Shown here in pieces: positions 29,133 to 37,680 of a stretch of 64,000 nucleotides of DNA (position 1 is the first letter of the stretch; every line of letters begins with the position of its first letter). Source of the stretch: Blastocatellia bacterium (GTDB lineage: Bacteria; Acidobacteriota; Blastocatellia; UBA7656); assembly GCA_963765495.1 (NCBI GenBank), contig CAVXWP010000008.1:320001-384000 (forward strand). Reading direction: 5' to 3'. A model generated the notes under the pieces. The model had not been told where the DNA came from. It worked only from the letters and a program-made list of their open reading frames with translations, and ran no database searches. The translations under genes and the position numbers were made by a program.

Positions 29133-29173
29133 CTTACAAATTTTGGTAAGTTGTAGATACGAAATTTTGTTAC
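29133..29173. promoter_or_regulatory. Candidate tandem enhancer (bEBP) binding sites
   Basis: CTTAC-AAATTTTG-GTAAG and GATAC-GAAATTTT-GTTAC, 23 bp apart, about -110 to -150 from the predicted +1. Confidence 0.45.
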
Positions 29174-29334
29174 CTGTCATATGTGCTGAATCTGGTGGCC
29201 TAAAGTAAAATTGTGATTGTGACAATATAGATCGATCTGTGATCGCTTAGAGGCTTTGACTGAAAAAGAATTCGCGAGATATTATGAATCTGGGTTCTCT
29301 TGGGTTTCTGGACTAGCAGTAAAGAGGAAGCGAT

Positions 29335-30330
29335 ATGCGAATATTGATAACAGGTGGCGCGGGATTTCTTGGCTCACATCTTGTTGACAGGTTGATGGAT
29401 AATGATCATGAAGTAATCGTTTTTGATAATCTCGTGACTGGGCGTGCAGCAAATATTGAGCATCATTTGGGAAAAGCCCACTTCCGCTTTGTTAAGCAAG
29501 ATGTCACAGAATACTTGTATGTAAAAGGCTCATTAGATGCTGTGGTCCATTTTGCTTCTCCAGCCAGTCCCATAGACTATTTACAATTGCCGATACAGAC
29601 TTTGAAAGTAGGCAGTTTGGGAACGCATAAGGCACTTGGTTTGGCGAAGGAGAAAAATGCTCGTTTTCTTCTTGCCTCGACTTCTGAAGTTTACGGCGAT
29701 CCTGATGTGCACCCTCAGAAGGAAACTTATTGGGGAAATGTCAACCCGGTTGGTCCCCGGGGCGTTTATGATGAAGCCAAGAGATTTGCAGAGGCAATGG
29801 TTATGGCCTATCATCGAGTTCATGGGTTGGATACGCGTATAGTGAGGATATTCAACACTTATGGGAGTAGGATGCGGCCAAATGATGGAAGAGTGGTGTC
29901 GAATTTTATTGTGCAGGCCATAAATGGTGAGCCTCTTACCATTTATGGTAGTGGGAAGCAGACCCGGTCATTTTGTTATGTCAGTGATTTGATCGATGGA
30001 ATAATAAAGTTATTGATGTATTCTGAAGAAGGGAAATATCAAGAGGATGTAGGGAATATTCACCTGCCTGTGAATATAGGCAATCCTCAGGAGTTCAGTG
30101 TGCTTGAATTAGCAGAGAAGGTTATAGCCCTTTCGGGGACAGGGAGTAGAATTGAATTCCATCCGCTTCCAATCGATGACCCGCAGGTCAGGCAGCCAAA
30201 TATTGAAAGGGCTCAAAATCTTTTGGAATGGGAACCTACTGTCTCTCTTGACCAGGGGCTTGAGAAAACTTTTTCTTATTTCAGGAGTTTAAGAGCTTTT
30301 CAACTCGAGTCTGATAACGATACGGAATAA
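29335..30330 (+). CDS. UDP-glucuronate decarboxylase (UDP-xylose synthase) family
   Basis: [43 protein letters not shown] motifs. Confidence 0.92.
   Translation: MRILITGGAGFLGSHLVDRLMDNDHEVIVFDNLVTGRAANIEHHLGKAHFRFVKQDVTEYLYVKGSLDAVVHFASPASPIDYLQLPIQTLKVGSLGTHKALGLAKEKNARFLLASTSEVYGDPDVHPQKETYWGNVNPVGPRGVYDEAKRFAEAMVMAYHRVHGLDTRIVRIFNTYGSRMRPNDGRVVSNFIVQAINGEPLTIYGSGKQTRSFCYVSDLIDGIIKLLMYSEEGKYQEDVGNIHLPVNIGNPQEFSVLELAEKVIALSGTGSRIEFHPLPIDDPQVRQPNIERAQNLLEWEPTVSLDQGLEKTFSYFRSLRAFQLESDNDTE
30307..30317 (+). repeat. Copy of dif arm (GAGTCTGATAA)
   Basis: Within the last codons of the decarboxylase gene. Confidence 0.55.
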
Positions 30331-30332
30331 TT

Positions 30333-31391
30333 ATGAGAATTAAAGTCTACCCAAACATAAGTAAGTGGAAGAAGTGTCTGTTTTTCATTTTGCTAAGTCT
30401 TATAATTTTGTATCCTCGAGTTGAGTCGTTTGGTCAGGAAGTGGACCAGAGACGTGGAAGAGATAAATCGGGGCGAGATGAGAAGGCAATTAAACTGAAT
30501 GCAACGCTCGTGCAGGTTCCTGTCATAGTCAGTGATTTGGGGGGTAGGTACACTACGGATTTGAAGAAGGAGGACTTTGAATTATTTGAGGATGGTGTTG
30601 AGCAAGATATTGAATTGTTTGGGTCGGTGGAAGAGCCTTTTAGTGTTGCTTTGTTGTTGGATAGTAGTGGGTCTACGGCTGAACAGTTGGCATTGATTAA
30701 AAAGGCGGCATTGGTCTTTATTGGGAATTTGAGGGCTCAGGATAAGGTTATGGTGTTTTCTTTTAATGATAGTGTTCAACAGATGTGTCCTCTTACTGGT
30801 GATAGGAATATTTTAAGGAATGCGATCGAGACAATAGAAAGCGGAGAATATACACAAGTTTATGAGGCAGTTTATACTGCGGTTTGGGAAAGGTTGAGGG
30901 GAGTTAGTGGTAGGAAGGCTGTCATAATGTTTTCCGATGGGATTGATACAGCGAGCAGTGAAATTGATGCTGAAGATACACTGGATGCGGTAGTAGAGAC
31001 AGAGGATATTATTATTTATCCAATTAGGTATAACACAAAGGCGGATGTAATTGAGAAGCTCGTTCGTAGGAGGGAAGGAGATTTGAAAGTTAGTCATTCC
31101 GCTGAAGCAAGTAAGTCTTGGGAAGAGACAATTAAGAGTTTAGATGACACTTATCGAGTGGCAGATGATTATCTGTCGCAGCTTGCTGAGTTGTCGGGGG
31201 GAGTTTTGGAGCGTGCGGACAGATTAGAAGATTTGGAGCAGGCATTTACAAGAATTGCTGAAGAGCTACGTCATCAGTATTTACTAGGGTACTATCCTAA
31301 GGATAGTGAAAGCAGGGGAATGGATCGAAGGATCAAGGTTAGAGTAAGACGTCCGAATTTAAGGGTAAGAGCCAGACCAGGGTATAAATAG
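30333..31391 (+). CDS. VWA domain protein (acidobacterial VWFA-related type)
   Basis: LVQVPVIVSD..GRY..DL..EDF..FEDG, MIDAS DSSGS, ELRHQYLLGYYP, VRARPGY motifs. Confidence 0.9.
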   Translation: MRIKVYPNISKWKKCLFFILLSLIILYPRVESFGQEVDQRRGRDKSGRDEKAIKLNATLVQVPVIVSDLGGRYTTDLKKEDFELFEDGVEQDIELFGSVEEPFSVALLLDSSGSTAEQLALIKKAALVFIGNLRAQDKVMVFSFNDSVQQMCPLTGDRNILRNAIETIESGEYTQVYEAVYTAVWERLRGVSGRKAVIMFSDGIDTASSEIDAEDTLDAVVETEDIIIYPIRYNTKADVIEKLVRRREGDLKVSHSAEASKSWEETIKSLDDTYRVADDYLSQLAELSGGVLERADRLEDLEQAFTRIAEELRHQYLLGYYPKDSESRGMDRRIKVRVRRPNLRVRARPGYK

Positions 31392-31402
31392 AATAAATAC
31401 GC

Positions 31403-31413
31403 GCGTCTGATAA
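31403..31413 (+). repeat. Copy of dif arm (GCGTCTGATAA, then CGAAC)
   Basis: 11/11 match to the dif arm plus a partial match to the dif core TGAAC; intergenic; inverted relative to the arm in dif. Confidence 0.65.
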
Positions 31414-31434
31414 CGAACCCCCCTTGTTTTAATA

Positions 31435-32169
31435 GTGAAATGGAGTGGATTAGTGAAGAGGGATATATTGGATTTTCTTGAGAGGGTGTATGAGAAAGGT
31501 GGGTCGTTGGCTATTTTAACTTTTCTTAATAAGGAGAATTCTGTTCGTAAGGGAGTAAGTGTGTTAGATGGTCGTCTTGAGGGGGGGTATGGTGATATTG
31601 ATGTATATGAATTTGACTCTGGATGGTTGGGTGGGGACGATATTGGTGGGAGTGATGTGGTGGGTTTGGCTCAAGAGCAAGAAGTGATTATTGAGGTAAT
31701 GAGGCCGGAGCGTAGACTAATAGTATTTGGTGCAGGACATGTGGGGAAAGCTGTTGCAGAGCTTGGTCTTTTTGCTGGCTTTAAAGTGTTGGTAGTTGAT
31801 GATCGTGGGGACTTTCTGGAAATAGTTCGTAATGTCGATTCTGAGATTAGTGTATTGTGTGTTGACTATAATGAAAGTATTCAGGACATTGGAATTGATG
31901 AGTCTTGTAGTGTTGTTATTGTAACTAGAGGGCATCAATTTGATGAAATCTGTTTGAGTGAGGTCTTGAATTCTACTGCATCATATATAGGAATGATTGG
32001 TAGTAGGAGGCGTGTAAAGGCTGTTTTTCAGAGGCTTACTGATAGGGGGTGTTCAGAAAGGGAATTGGTTAGAGTTCATGCTCCTATTGGTCTCGATATT
32101 GGTGCTAGCTCTCCAGAGGAGATAGCTGTGGCAATTTTGGCTGAAGTCATACAGACTCTTAATAGATAG
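31435..32169 (+). CDS. XdhC family protein (C-terminal Rossmann domain, short N-terminus)
   Basis: LIVFGAGHVG, VTRGH, YIGMIGSRRR, HAPIGLDIGASSPEEIAVAI motifs. Confidence 0.88.
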   Translation: MKWSGLVKRDILDFLERVYEKGGSLAILTFLNKENSVRKGVSVLDGRLEGGYGDIDVYEFDSGWLGGDDIGGSDVVGLAQEQEVIIEVMRPERRLIVFGAGHVGKAVAELGLFAGFKVLVVDDRGDFLEIVRNVDSEISVLCVDYNESIQDIGIDESCSVVIVTRGHQFDEICLSEVLNSTASYIGMIGSRRRVKAVFQRLTDRGCSERELVRVHAPIGLDIGASSPEEIAVAILAEVIQTLNR

Positions 32170-32192
32170 GGTCAAAAGTTAGGAAGGATCTG

Positions 32193-33371
32193 ATGGGTTC
32201 AATGTTTTTAGGGGGACTTGATATCCTCGATTTGGATGGTGAATTAACTGATGAGGAAAGGTTGGTTAGGGAGACCGTCAGGCAATTTGTAACGGCTGAG
32301 GTTCATCCTGTTATTGCTGAGTGCTATGAGGAAGGCTATTTTCCTATGGATATGGTGGGAAAGCTTGCGGATCTTGGAGTCTTTGGAGCGAATTTACCAG
32401 AGGAATATGGTTGTGCAGGTATGAATAATGTTTCGTATGGTTTGGTAATGCAGGAGCTAGAGGCTGGAGACTCGGGGCTTAGGAGTTTTGCTTCGGTTCA
32501 AGGTGCGTTATGTATGTATCCTATTTATGAATTTGGGAGTGAGGATCAAAAGCAAGGATATTTGCCAAAGATGGCAAAAGGTGAAGTGATTGGTTGTTTT
32601 GGTTTGACGGAGCCTAATCATGGATCAGATCCTGGCGGCATGTTGACCAGGGCTAAAAAGGTTAATGATGGTTGGGTACTTAATGGTTCTAAGGCATGGA
32701 TAACTAATGGGAGTATTGCAGATATTGCAGTTGTTTGGGCGAAGACTGAAGATGGAATTATAAAGGGATTTTTAGTAGAAAAAGGAAGGAAAGGGTTTAA
32801 GGCTCGTGAAACAAAGCATAAGATGAGTCTAAGAGCATCTATTACTTCGGAATTATCTTTTGAAGATTGTTGGATTCCTGAAGAGAATATACTTCCGGGA
32901 AGTAATGGACTTAAAAGTCCCCTGATGTGTCTGACTCAGGCTCGATATGGCATAGCATGGGGAGTAATTGGTGCGGCTTTGTCTTGTTTGACTACTGCGA
33001 TTGAGTATTCGAAAGAGAGAGTGCAGTTTGGTAAGCCAATCGGAAGCTTTCAGCTGACCCAGAAAAAATTGGTGGAAATGATGACTGAGATTGTAAAGGC
33101 ACAGTTGTTGAGTCTTCGGCTGGGTAGATTGAAGGATGTTGGTAAGTTGAAACCTATCCAGGTTTCATTGGCAAAGATGAATAATGTTGCTATGGCTCTT
33201 GAATGTGCGCGGATTGCGAGAGGTATACTGGGAGCGAATGGGATTATAGGCGAGTATCCTATAATGCGGCACATGTGTAATCTGGAGTCTGTCTATACTT
33301 ATGAGGGAACAAATGAAGTTCATTTGTTAGCCCTGGGTAAGTACCTTACAGGTCTTGATGCGTTTGGATGA
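32193..33371 (+). CDS. Acyl-CoA dehydrogenase (glutaryl-CoA dehydrogenase-like)
   Basis: DSGLRSFASVQ, GCFGLTEPNHGSDPG, WITNG, LESVYTYEGT motifs. Confidence 0.9.
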   Translation: MGSMFLGGLDILDLDGELTDEERLVRETVRQFVTAEVHPVIAECYEEGYFPMDMVGKLADLGVFGANLPEEYGCAGMNNVSYGLVMQELEAGDSGLRSFASVQGALCMYPIYEFGSEDQKQGYLPKMAKGEVIGCFGLTEPNHGSDPGGMLTRAKKVNDGWVLNGSKAWITNGSIADIAVVWAKTEDGIIKGFLVEKGRKGFKARETKHKMSLRASITSELSFEDCWIPEENILPGSNGLKSPLMCLTQARYGIAWGVIGAALSCLTTAIEYSKERVQFGKPIGSFQLTQKKLVEMMTEIVKAQLLSLRLGRLKDVGKLKPIQVSLAKMNNVAMALECARIARGILGANGIIGEYPIMRHMCNLESVYTYEGTNEVHLLALGKYLTGLDAFG

Positions 33372-33397
33372 CTCTACTATGTGTAATTGCTTATTGA

Positions 33398-33425
33398 TAT
33401 ATACATAACGTTCATTATCAGACGC
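33398..33425 (-). other. dif-like chromosome dimer resolution site (XerC/XerD)
   Basis: GCGTCTGATAA-TGAACG-TTATGTATATA has the 11-6-11 layout with ATAA/TTAT inner ends and a TTATGT XerD-type arm (E. coli: GGTGCGCATAA-TGTATA-TTATGTTAAAT); intergenic, at the G/C skew flip. Confidence 0.85.
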
Positions 33426-33446
33426 AAGCTGTGTTCTCTGTATATG

Positions 33447-34151
33447 TCATGACATGAAGTGCAACCAGTCGGATAATCGAGCTATTCTCATGCAATGGTT
33501 ATCTCGCTTCTCCTCCCCCATTGTACTTACAGCCTTAGGGCCATAGTCGTGACCCGGATATAGTCTTATGTTATCTGGCAATTTCGCCAGCACCTGCGTC
33601 AGGGTCTCATACATCTTTACCGCGTCACCACCTGGGAGATCAACCCTTCCACATCCTCCTACAAATAATGTATCCCCAGAAATCAGACCGGAGTCTATCA
33701 AAAAACACTGACTGCCCGGTGTATGTCCGGGTGTATGAAGCAGAGTTATCTTTATCTCCCCTATTTCAATAATCGCTCCCCCTTTATGCCTGATAATATC
33801 TGTGGAACTCAGACCAGCCACCTTAATTACTCCCTCCGCCTCATGAATGTTTACATGGATTGGAACCTGAATGACCGATAGCAGATCTGCCAATCCGGCA
33901 ATCTCTCGCCCAAAAATTTCACCCCCAATATGATCAGGGTGATAATGTGTTACCAGGACCCCAACTATCATAAGGTCCTGTTCTTCTATATATCGTAATA
34001 TTCCCGGGATATCCCAGGCCGGATCTACTAATACACATTCTCTCTTCTTGTCATCCCCGATTATATAAACAAAATTGGCCATCTGTGTTGCGAAATGATC
34101 ATCCATCCCAAAATCCCGCCCACTCTTAAGTTGTTTCAAATATAATCCCAT
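33447..34151 (-). CDS. Metallo-beta-lactamase-fold hydrolase (glyoxalase II-like)
   Basis: THYHPDH, TPGHTPG, SGDTLF, PGHDY motifs. Confidence 0.92.
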   Translation of the reverse strand: MGLYLKQLKSGRDFGMDDHFATQMANFVYIIGDDKKRECVLVDPAWDIPGILRYIEEQDLMIVGVLVTHYHPDHIGGEIFGREIAGLADLLSVIQVPIHVNIHEAEGVIKVAGLSSTDIIRHKGGAIIEIGEIKITLLHTPGHTPGSQCFLIDSGLISGDTLFVGGCGRVDLPGGDAVKMYETLTQVLAKLPDNIRLYPGHDYGPKAVSTMGEEKRDNHCMRIARLSDWLHFMS

Positions 34152-34236
34152 ATATCTTTATCCTCCTGAAATACTTTTATTTACCTGGGTTTACCCTGAC
34201 TTGAAAAAAATCTTATTCTGCGCTAGAAATCAATTT

Positions 34237-34611
34237 ATGATTAACTTTCAACGACCTTCGATTCGACTCAAGGTTTCAGCGCTTTTGCTCCTTTCATTAT
34301 GTATTCTTGGTTTGAATGTCTCATGTAAAACAAATAACGCAAAGGCTTCTGAGGCTATCGAGAACTATATGAGAAACCATGGAGCATCAAAGATCCAGTC
34401 TGATTTCCTTTACACAACCAATGATTTCCCAGGTAAGGCATATGCCGGCGTAACTGTTACTTATAATTTTGCTGATTCGAAAGGCTCGCCCCAGCAAGAA
34501 TTTTTGGGATTTATTCTCTCCACTAATACGAGCGAATGGAAAGTAGAAAGCTCAACTGGCTATACTACAGATGAAAAGAGAGCCCACGCGATTTTAGCTG
34601 GGAAGAAATAG
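34237..34611 (+). CDS. Hypothetical lipoprotein
   Basis: Hydrophobic signal ending LNVSC; ATG 34237 likely (ORF from 34201). Confidence 0.6.
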   Translation: MINFQRPSIRLKVSALLLLSLCILGLNVSCKTNNAKASEAIENYMRNHGASKIQSDFLYTTNDFPGKAYAGVTVTYNFADSKGSPQQEFLGFILSTNTSEWKVESSTGYTTDEKRAHAILAGKK

Positions 34612-34626
34612 ACCGGCTCTCTTCCC

Positions 34627-34974
34627 CTAACTCTTTTTAAATCTGGATGTAGTTTTGCCAAATTGCTCTTTGTACCACGTAAGTTCGTCTTGAAATCCTG
34701 CCTGTCCTTGCTTAAAACGTCTGACTCCCGTACCAGCACCATAATATCCTGCATGAGGAAGTGGCCCGTATAATTCCTCTTCGGTGTCTGAAGACTCTGC
34801 AATATCCTTTTTGTATGCTCTTTCGTACCCACCGCCAATACCAAACCCTTGTGTGCGCATCTCCAAGCGCCTTGATGGATGCTCCATTTTTAAATAGCCG
34901 ATCCCTGAATTGCGAGTTCGGGGTTCAGAGCTTATCTCAGCAGGTATTTCATTATCTCTATCTTTCTTATCCAT
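34627..34974 (-). CDS. Hypothetical hydrophilic protein
   Basis: 115-aa ORF filling the gap downstream of the response regulator, with a purine-rich upstream region. Confidence 0.55.
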   Translation of the reverse strand: MDKKDRDNEIPAEISSEPRTRNSGIGYLKMEHPSRRLEMRTQGFGIGGGYERAYKKDIAESSDTEEELYGPLPHAGYYGAGTGVRRFKQGQAGFQDELTWYKEQFGKTTSRFKKS

Positions 34975-35024
34975 ACTCTGATCCTATCCTCTTCTATTTT
35001 ATTTATAACTAAAATTTCTATCAT

Positions 35025-36452
35025 TTAGGTTGTAGACGCTCTGGAACTATAGCTCATATATTCATCATCATCCCCATTATCGCCAGTATTTTGCCCTGCT
35101 GTTCCATACCCATACTGGCGCAAGCGCCTATAGAGGGTTCGCCTGTCAATCCCGAGAATCTGGGCGGTCTTTATTTGATGCCCGTCCATTTTTTCCAGAA
35201 CCCTTACAATATATCGACGCTCGACCTCAGCAAGGGACGCATTATCCAGGATCGCTTCCTCAAGTATATCCCTCTCTGGCGAAGTTATACTTACTGGCAA
35301 ATCGTCTGATGTAAGTAGCTCATCACTGCCCATCGTCAAGGCATGCTCCACCGCATTCTCTAGCTCCCTAACATTTCCAGGCCAGGTATGAGTCATCAGG
35401 ACACGCATCGCCTCACTGGAGAAGCGTCTTGGAGGCTCGTTATGTTGCTTTGCAAACTTTTGCAAAAAATGATGAACCAGCAACGGTATATCTTCACGTC
35501 TGTCCTTAAGGTCGGGAAGCCTTACAGGTACAACATTCAGCCGATAAAAGAGATCCTGACGAAATTCTCCACGCTTTACAGCTTCCTCTAAATCCATGTT
35601 GCTTGCCGACACAAGACGAATATCTATCTGGAGGTTCTCTCTTCCCCCAACCCTTCTGACAACACGTTCTTGTAATACTCTTAAGAGCTTAACCTGCAGG
35701 CTTTGGGAAAGTGTGTTTATCTCATCAAGAAATACAGTTCCTCCCTGGGCCTCCTCAATCAGACCACGCCTGGTTTCGTGCGCTCCTGTAAAGGCTCCTT
35801 TCTGATGCCCAAAAAGTTCAGATTCCAGCAGGGTCTCTGGAATTGCAGAACAATTTATGGGTACAAAAGGGGCATCCCTTCGATCTGAATTATAATGAAT
35901 CGCCCTGGCTACAAGTTCCTTCCCTGTTCCAGTGGAGCCAATGATCAATGCCGATGCGTCACGTCTGGCTGCTATTCGTTTTATAACCTCGAAGAGGTGC
36001 TGCATGGGCTTGCTACGCCCAACTATGTTCGAAAAATTATATCGATCCCTAACTTCTGCCCTTAACTCTTTGACTTCTCTACGCAGACTCCGCCGCTCAA
36101 GCGCCTTCTCTACAGTTATTGCAAGCTCATCCAATTGGAAGGGCTTCCCTATATAGTCCTCAGCCCCTAATTTCATAGCCTCAACGGCAGATGATATAGA
36201 ACTAAAGGCAGTCATAATAATGACAAGAACATCAGGCCAGTCCAATCTAATGCGCGCAAGGAGTTCCAAGCCACTTATCCCTGGAAGTTTTATATCTGTA
36301 ACGACCAGTGCATAGTCCTGTTCTTCGAGGCGAAGAATTGCCTCTTCTCCATTTTGAACCGCATTGACTTTAAATCCTCTTTCCGAGAAAAATAGTACAA
36401 GAAGCTCACGCATCGGAGCTTCATCCTCGATAATCAATATTCTTTGATTCAT
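35025..36452 (-). CDS. NtrC-family sigma-54 response regulator
   Basis: Receiver domain (IEDE, TDIKLP, KPF), GSTGTGKE, GAFTGA, WPGNVREL, Fis-type HTH. Confidence 0.95.
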   Translation of the reverse strand: MNQRILIIEDEAPMRELLVLFFSERGFKVNAVQNGEEAILRLEEQDYALVVTDIKLPGISGLELLARIRLDWPDVLVIIMTAFSSISSAVEAMKLGAEDYIGKPFQLDELAITVEKALERRSLRREVKELRAEVRDRYNFSNIVGRSKPMQHLFEVIKRIAARRDASALIIGSTGTGKELVARAIHYNSDRRDAPFVPINCSAIPETLLESELFGHQKGAFTGAHETRRGLIEEAQGGTVFLDEINTLSQSLQVKLLRVLQERVVRRVGGRENLQIDIRLVSASNMDLEEAVKRGEFRQDLFYRLNVVPVRLPDLKDRREDIPLLVHHFLQKFAKQHNEPPRRFSSEAMRVLMTHTWPGNVRELENAVEHALTMGSDELLTSDDLPVSITSPERDILEEAILDNASLAEVERRYIVRVLEKMDGHQIKTAQILGIDRRTLYRRLRQYGYGTAGQNTGDNGDDDEYMSYSSRASTT

Positions 36453-36469
36453 TGATCCCCTCTGAAATA

Positions 36470-37540
36470 TTAGCTGTTGTTCTGCTTAGGAAATTTCAAA
36501 TGGAGCGCAGTTCCCTCTCCATCCAATTCTCTTTGCCCCACTTTGACATTATATTCTGCCAGGCTGTTACACGCGACTGCCAATAGCCGAGAACTTTCTA
36601 TCTCCCCCCCAGTCTTATCCCTTAAATCAAATTCTATATCAATATAGCTTTCGTTATCAGACGCAGGTTTAACGCTGACTACAACACTACTTTCAGGGCA
36701 AAGGGTCTCGCAGATACTTATCAGGATTTTGAAAAACGCTTGCCTCAGCCCAAAGACATCCCCCTTAATCAATGGAAGTTGAGTATTACAGTTGAGACTC
36801 GTGTTTATTGATTTCTTTCGAAGATAATGCCCTGCCAGGTCGAGAGATTCACGGAGCACCGTCTCTATACTTATTGCTATGGACTGCCTGCTTTGGGGAT
36901 TCGTTACATTCAGCAATTGCTTTATAAATTCCGAGACTCGTCTTGTCTGCTGGAGAATTGTCGAAAGTTCTTTATATCCTTTACCTTCTGAATCCGTTCG
37001 CATCAACAGATATTCAGCATATCCGGAGATGATATTAAGAGGAGTTCCCACATCATGCACAAGGCTTGCAATCATCTGTCCCAAGATCACAATCTGGTCC
37101 TCTTTTTGGTCTAAAGTCGAATTCACATTTTGCTCCGTTACATCAGACACTATCCTTATATAACCTCGATTCGTACCGTCTATAGCAGTCAGGGGCTTCA
37201 TCAAAACTCGTAGCCGCTTTCCGCGAACTTGAATAATAAAATCCCTGATTTCATCATCTGATAAAAACGCCGTATCATTTCGAGAGGTCACATCTGCTAC
37301 AGGTAATACATCATCGTAATTTAACCCGAGAAGATCCTCTGCAGCAACTCCATAAAATTCGGCGACTTTCTCATTTGCAAATATAACCTTCCCCTCCTGC
37401 GAGTGGATTGTCACCCCTTCATCTATTAAATCCAAAACCACTTTCCAAGCTTCAATTAAGTAATCGTAGGGGTTATCGCCTGATATTAAAGGCAGGTCTT
37501 TGCTAATGGCATTACGATCAGGTTTACTCATCTCACCCAT
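36470..37540 (-). CDS. PAS-HisKA sensor with a degenerate ATPase domain
   Basis: PAS domain; H-box SLVHDVGTPLN; C-terminal region is short with no clear N or G boxes. Confidence 0.8.
   Translation of the reverse strand: MGEMSKPDRNAISKDLPLISGDNPYDYLIEAWKVVLDLIDEGVTIHSQEGKVIFANEKVAEFYGVAAEDLLGLNYDDVLPVADVTSRNDTAFLSDDEIRDFIIQVRGKRLRVLMKPLTAIDGTNRGYIRIVSDVTEQNVNSTLDQKEDQIVILGQMIASLVHDVGTPLNIISGYAEYLLMRTDSEGKGYKELSTILQQTRRVSEFIKQLLNVTNPQSRQSIAISIETVLRESLDLAGHYLRKKSINTSLNCNTQLPLIKGDVFGLRQAFFKILISICETLCPESSVVVSVKPASDNESYIDIEFDLRDKTGGEIESSRLLAVACNSLAEYNVKVGQRELDGEGTALHLKFPKQNNS
36654..36664 (-). repeat. Copy of dif arm (GCGTCTGATAA)
   Basis: 11/11 match on the minus strand, inside the degenerate kinase tail. 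Confidence 0.55.
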
Positions 37541-37586
37541 AAAAGCTTACAGAGCATAAATGACGAAGATATATTCCACAGCAATA

Positions 37587-37615
37587 AAGGGGCAACCCTT
37601 TCATGGTTGCCCCTT
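37587..37615 (-). terminator. Rho-independent terminator
   Basis: AAGGGGCAACC pairs with GGTTGCCCCTT; A/T flanks on both sides. Confidence 0.7.
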
Positions 37616-37680
37616 AAAAAAGCATGTATTCCTCTACACGGACACCTGCCCCGAAATCCGGTCAGTCATACCTACATTAT

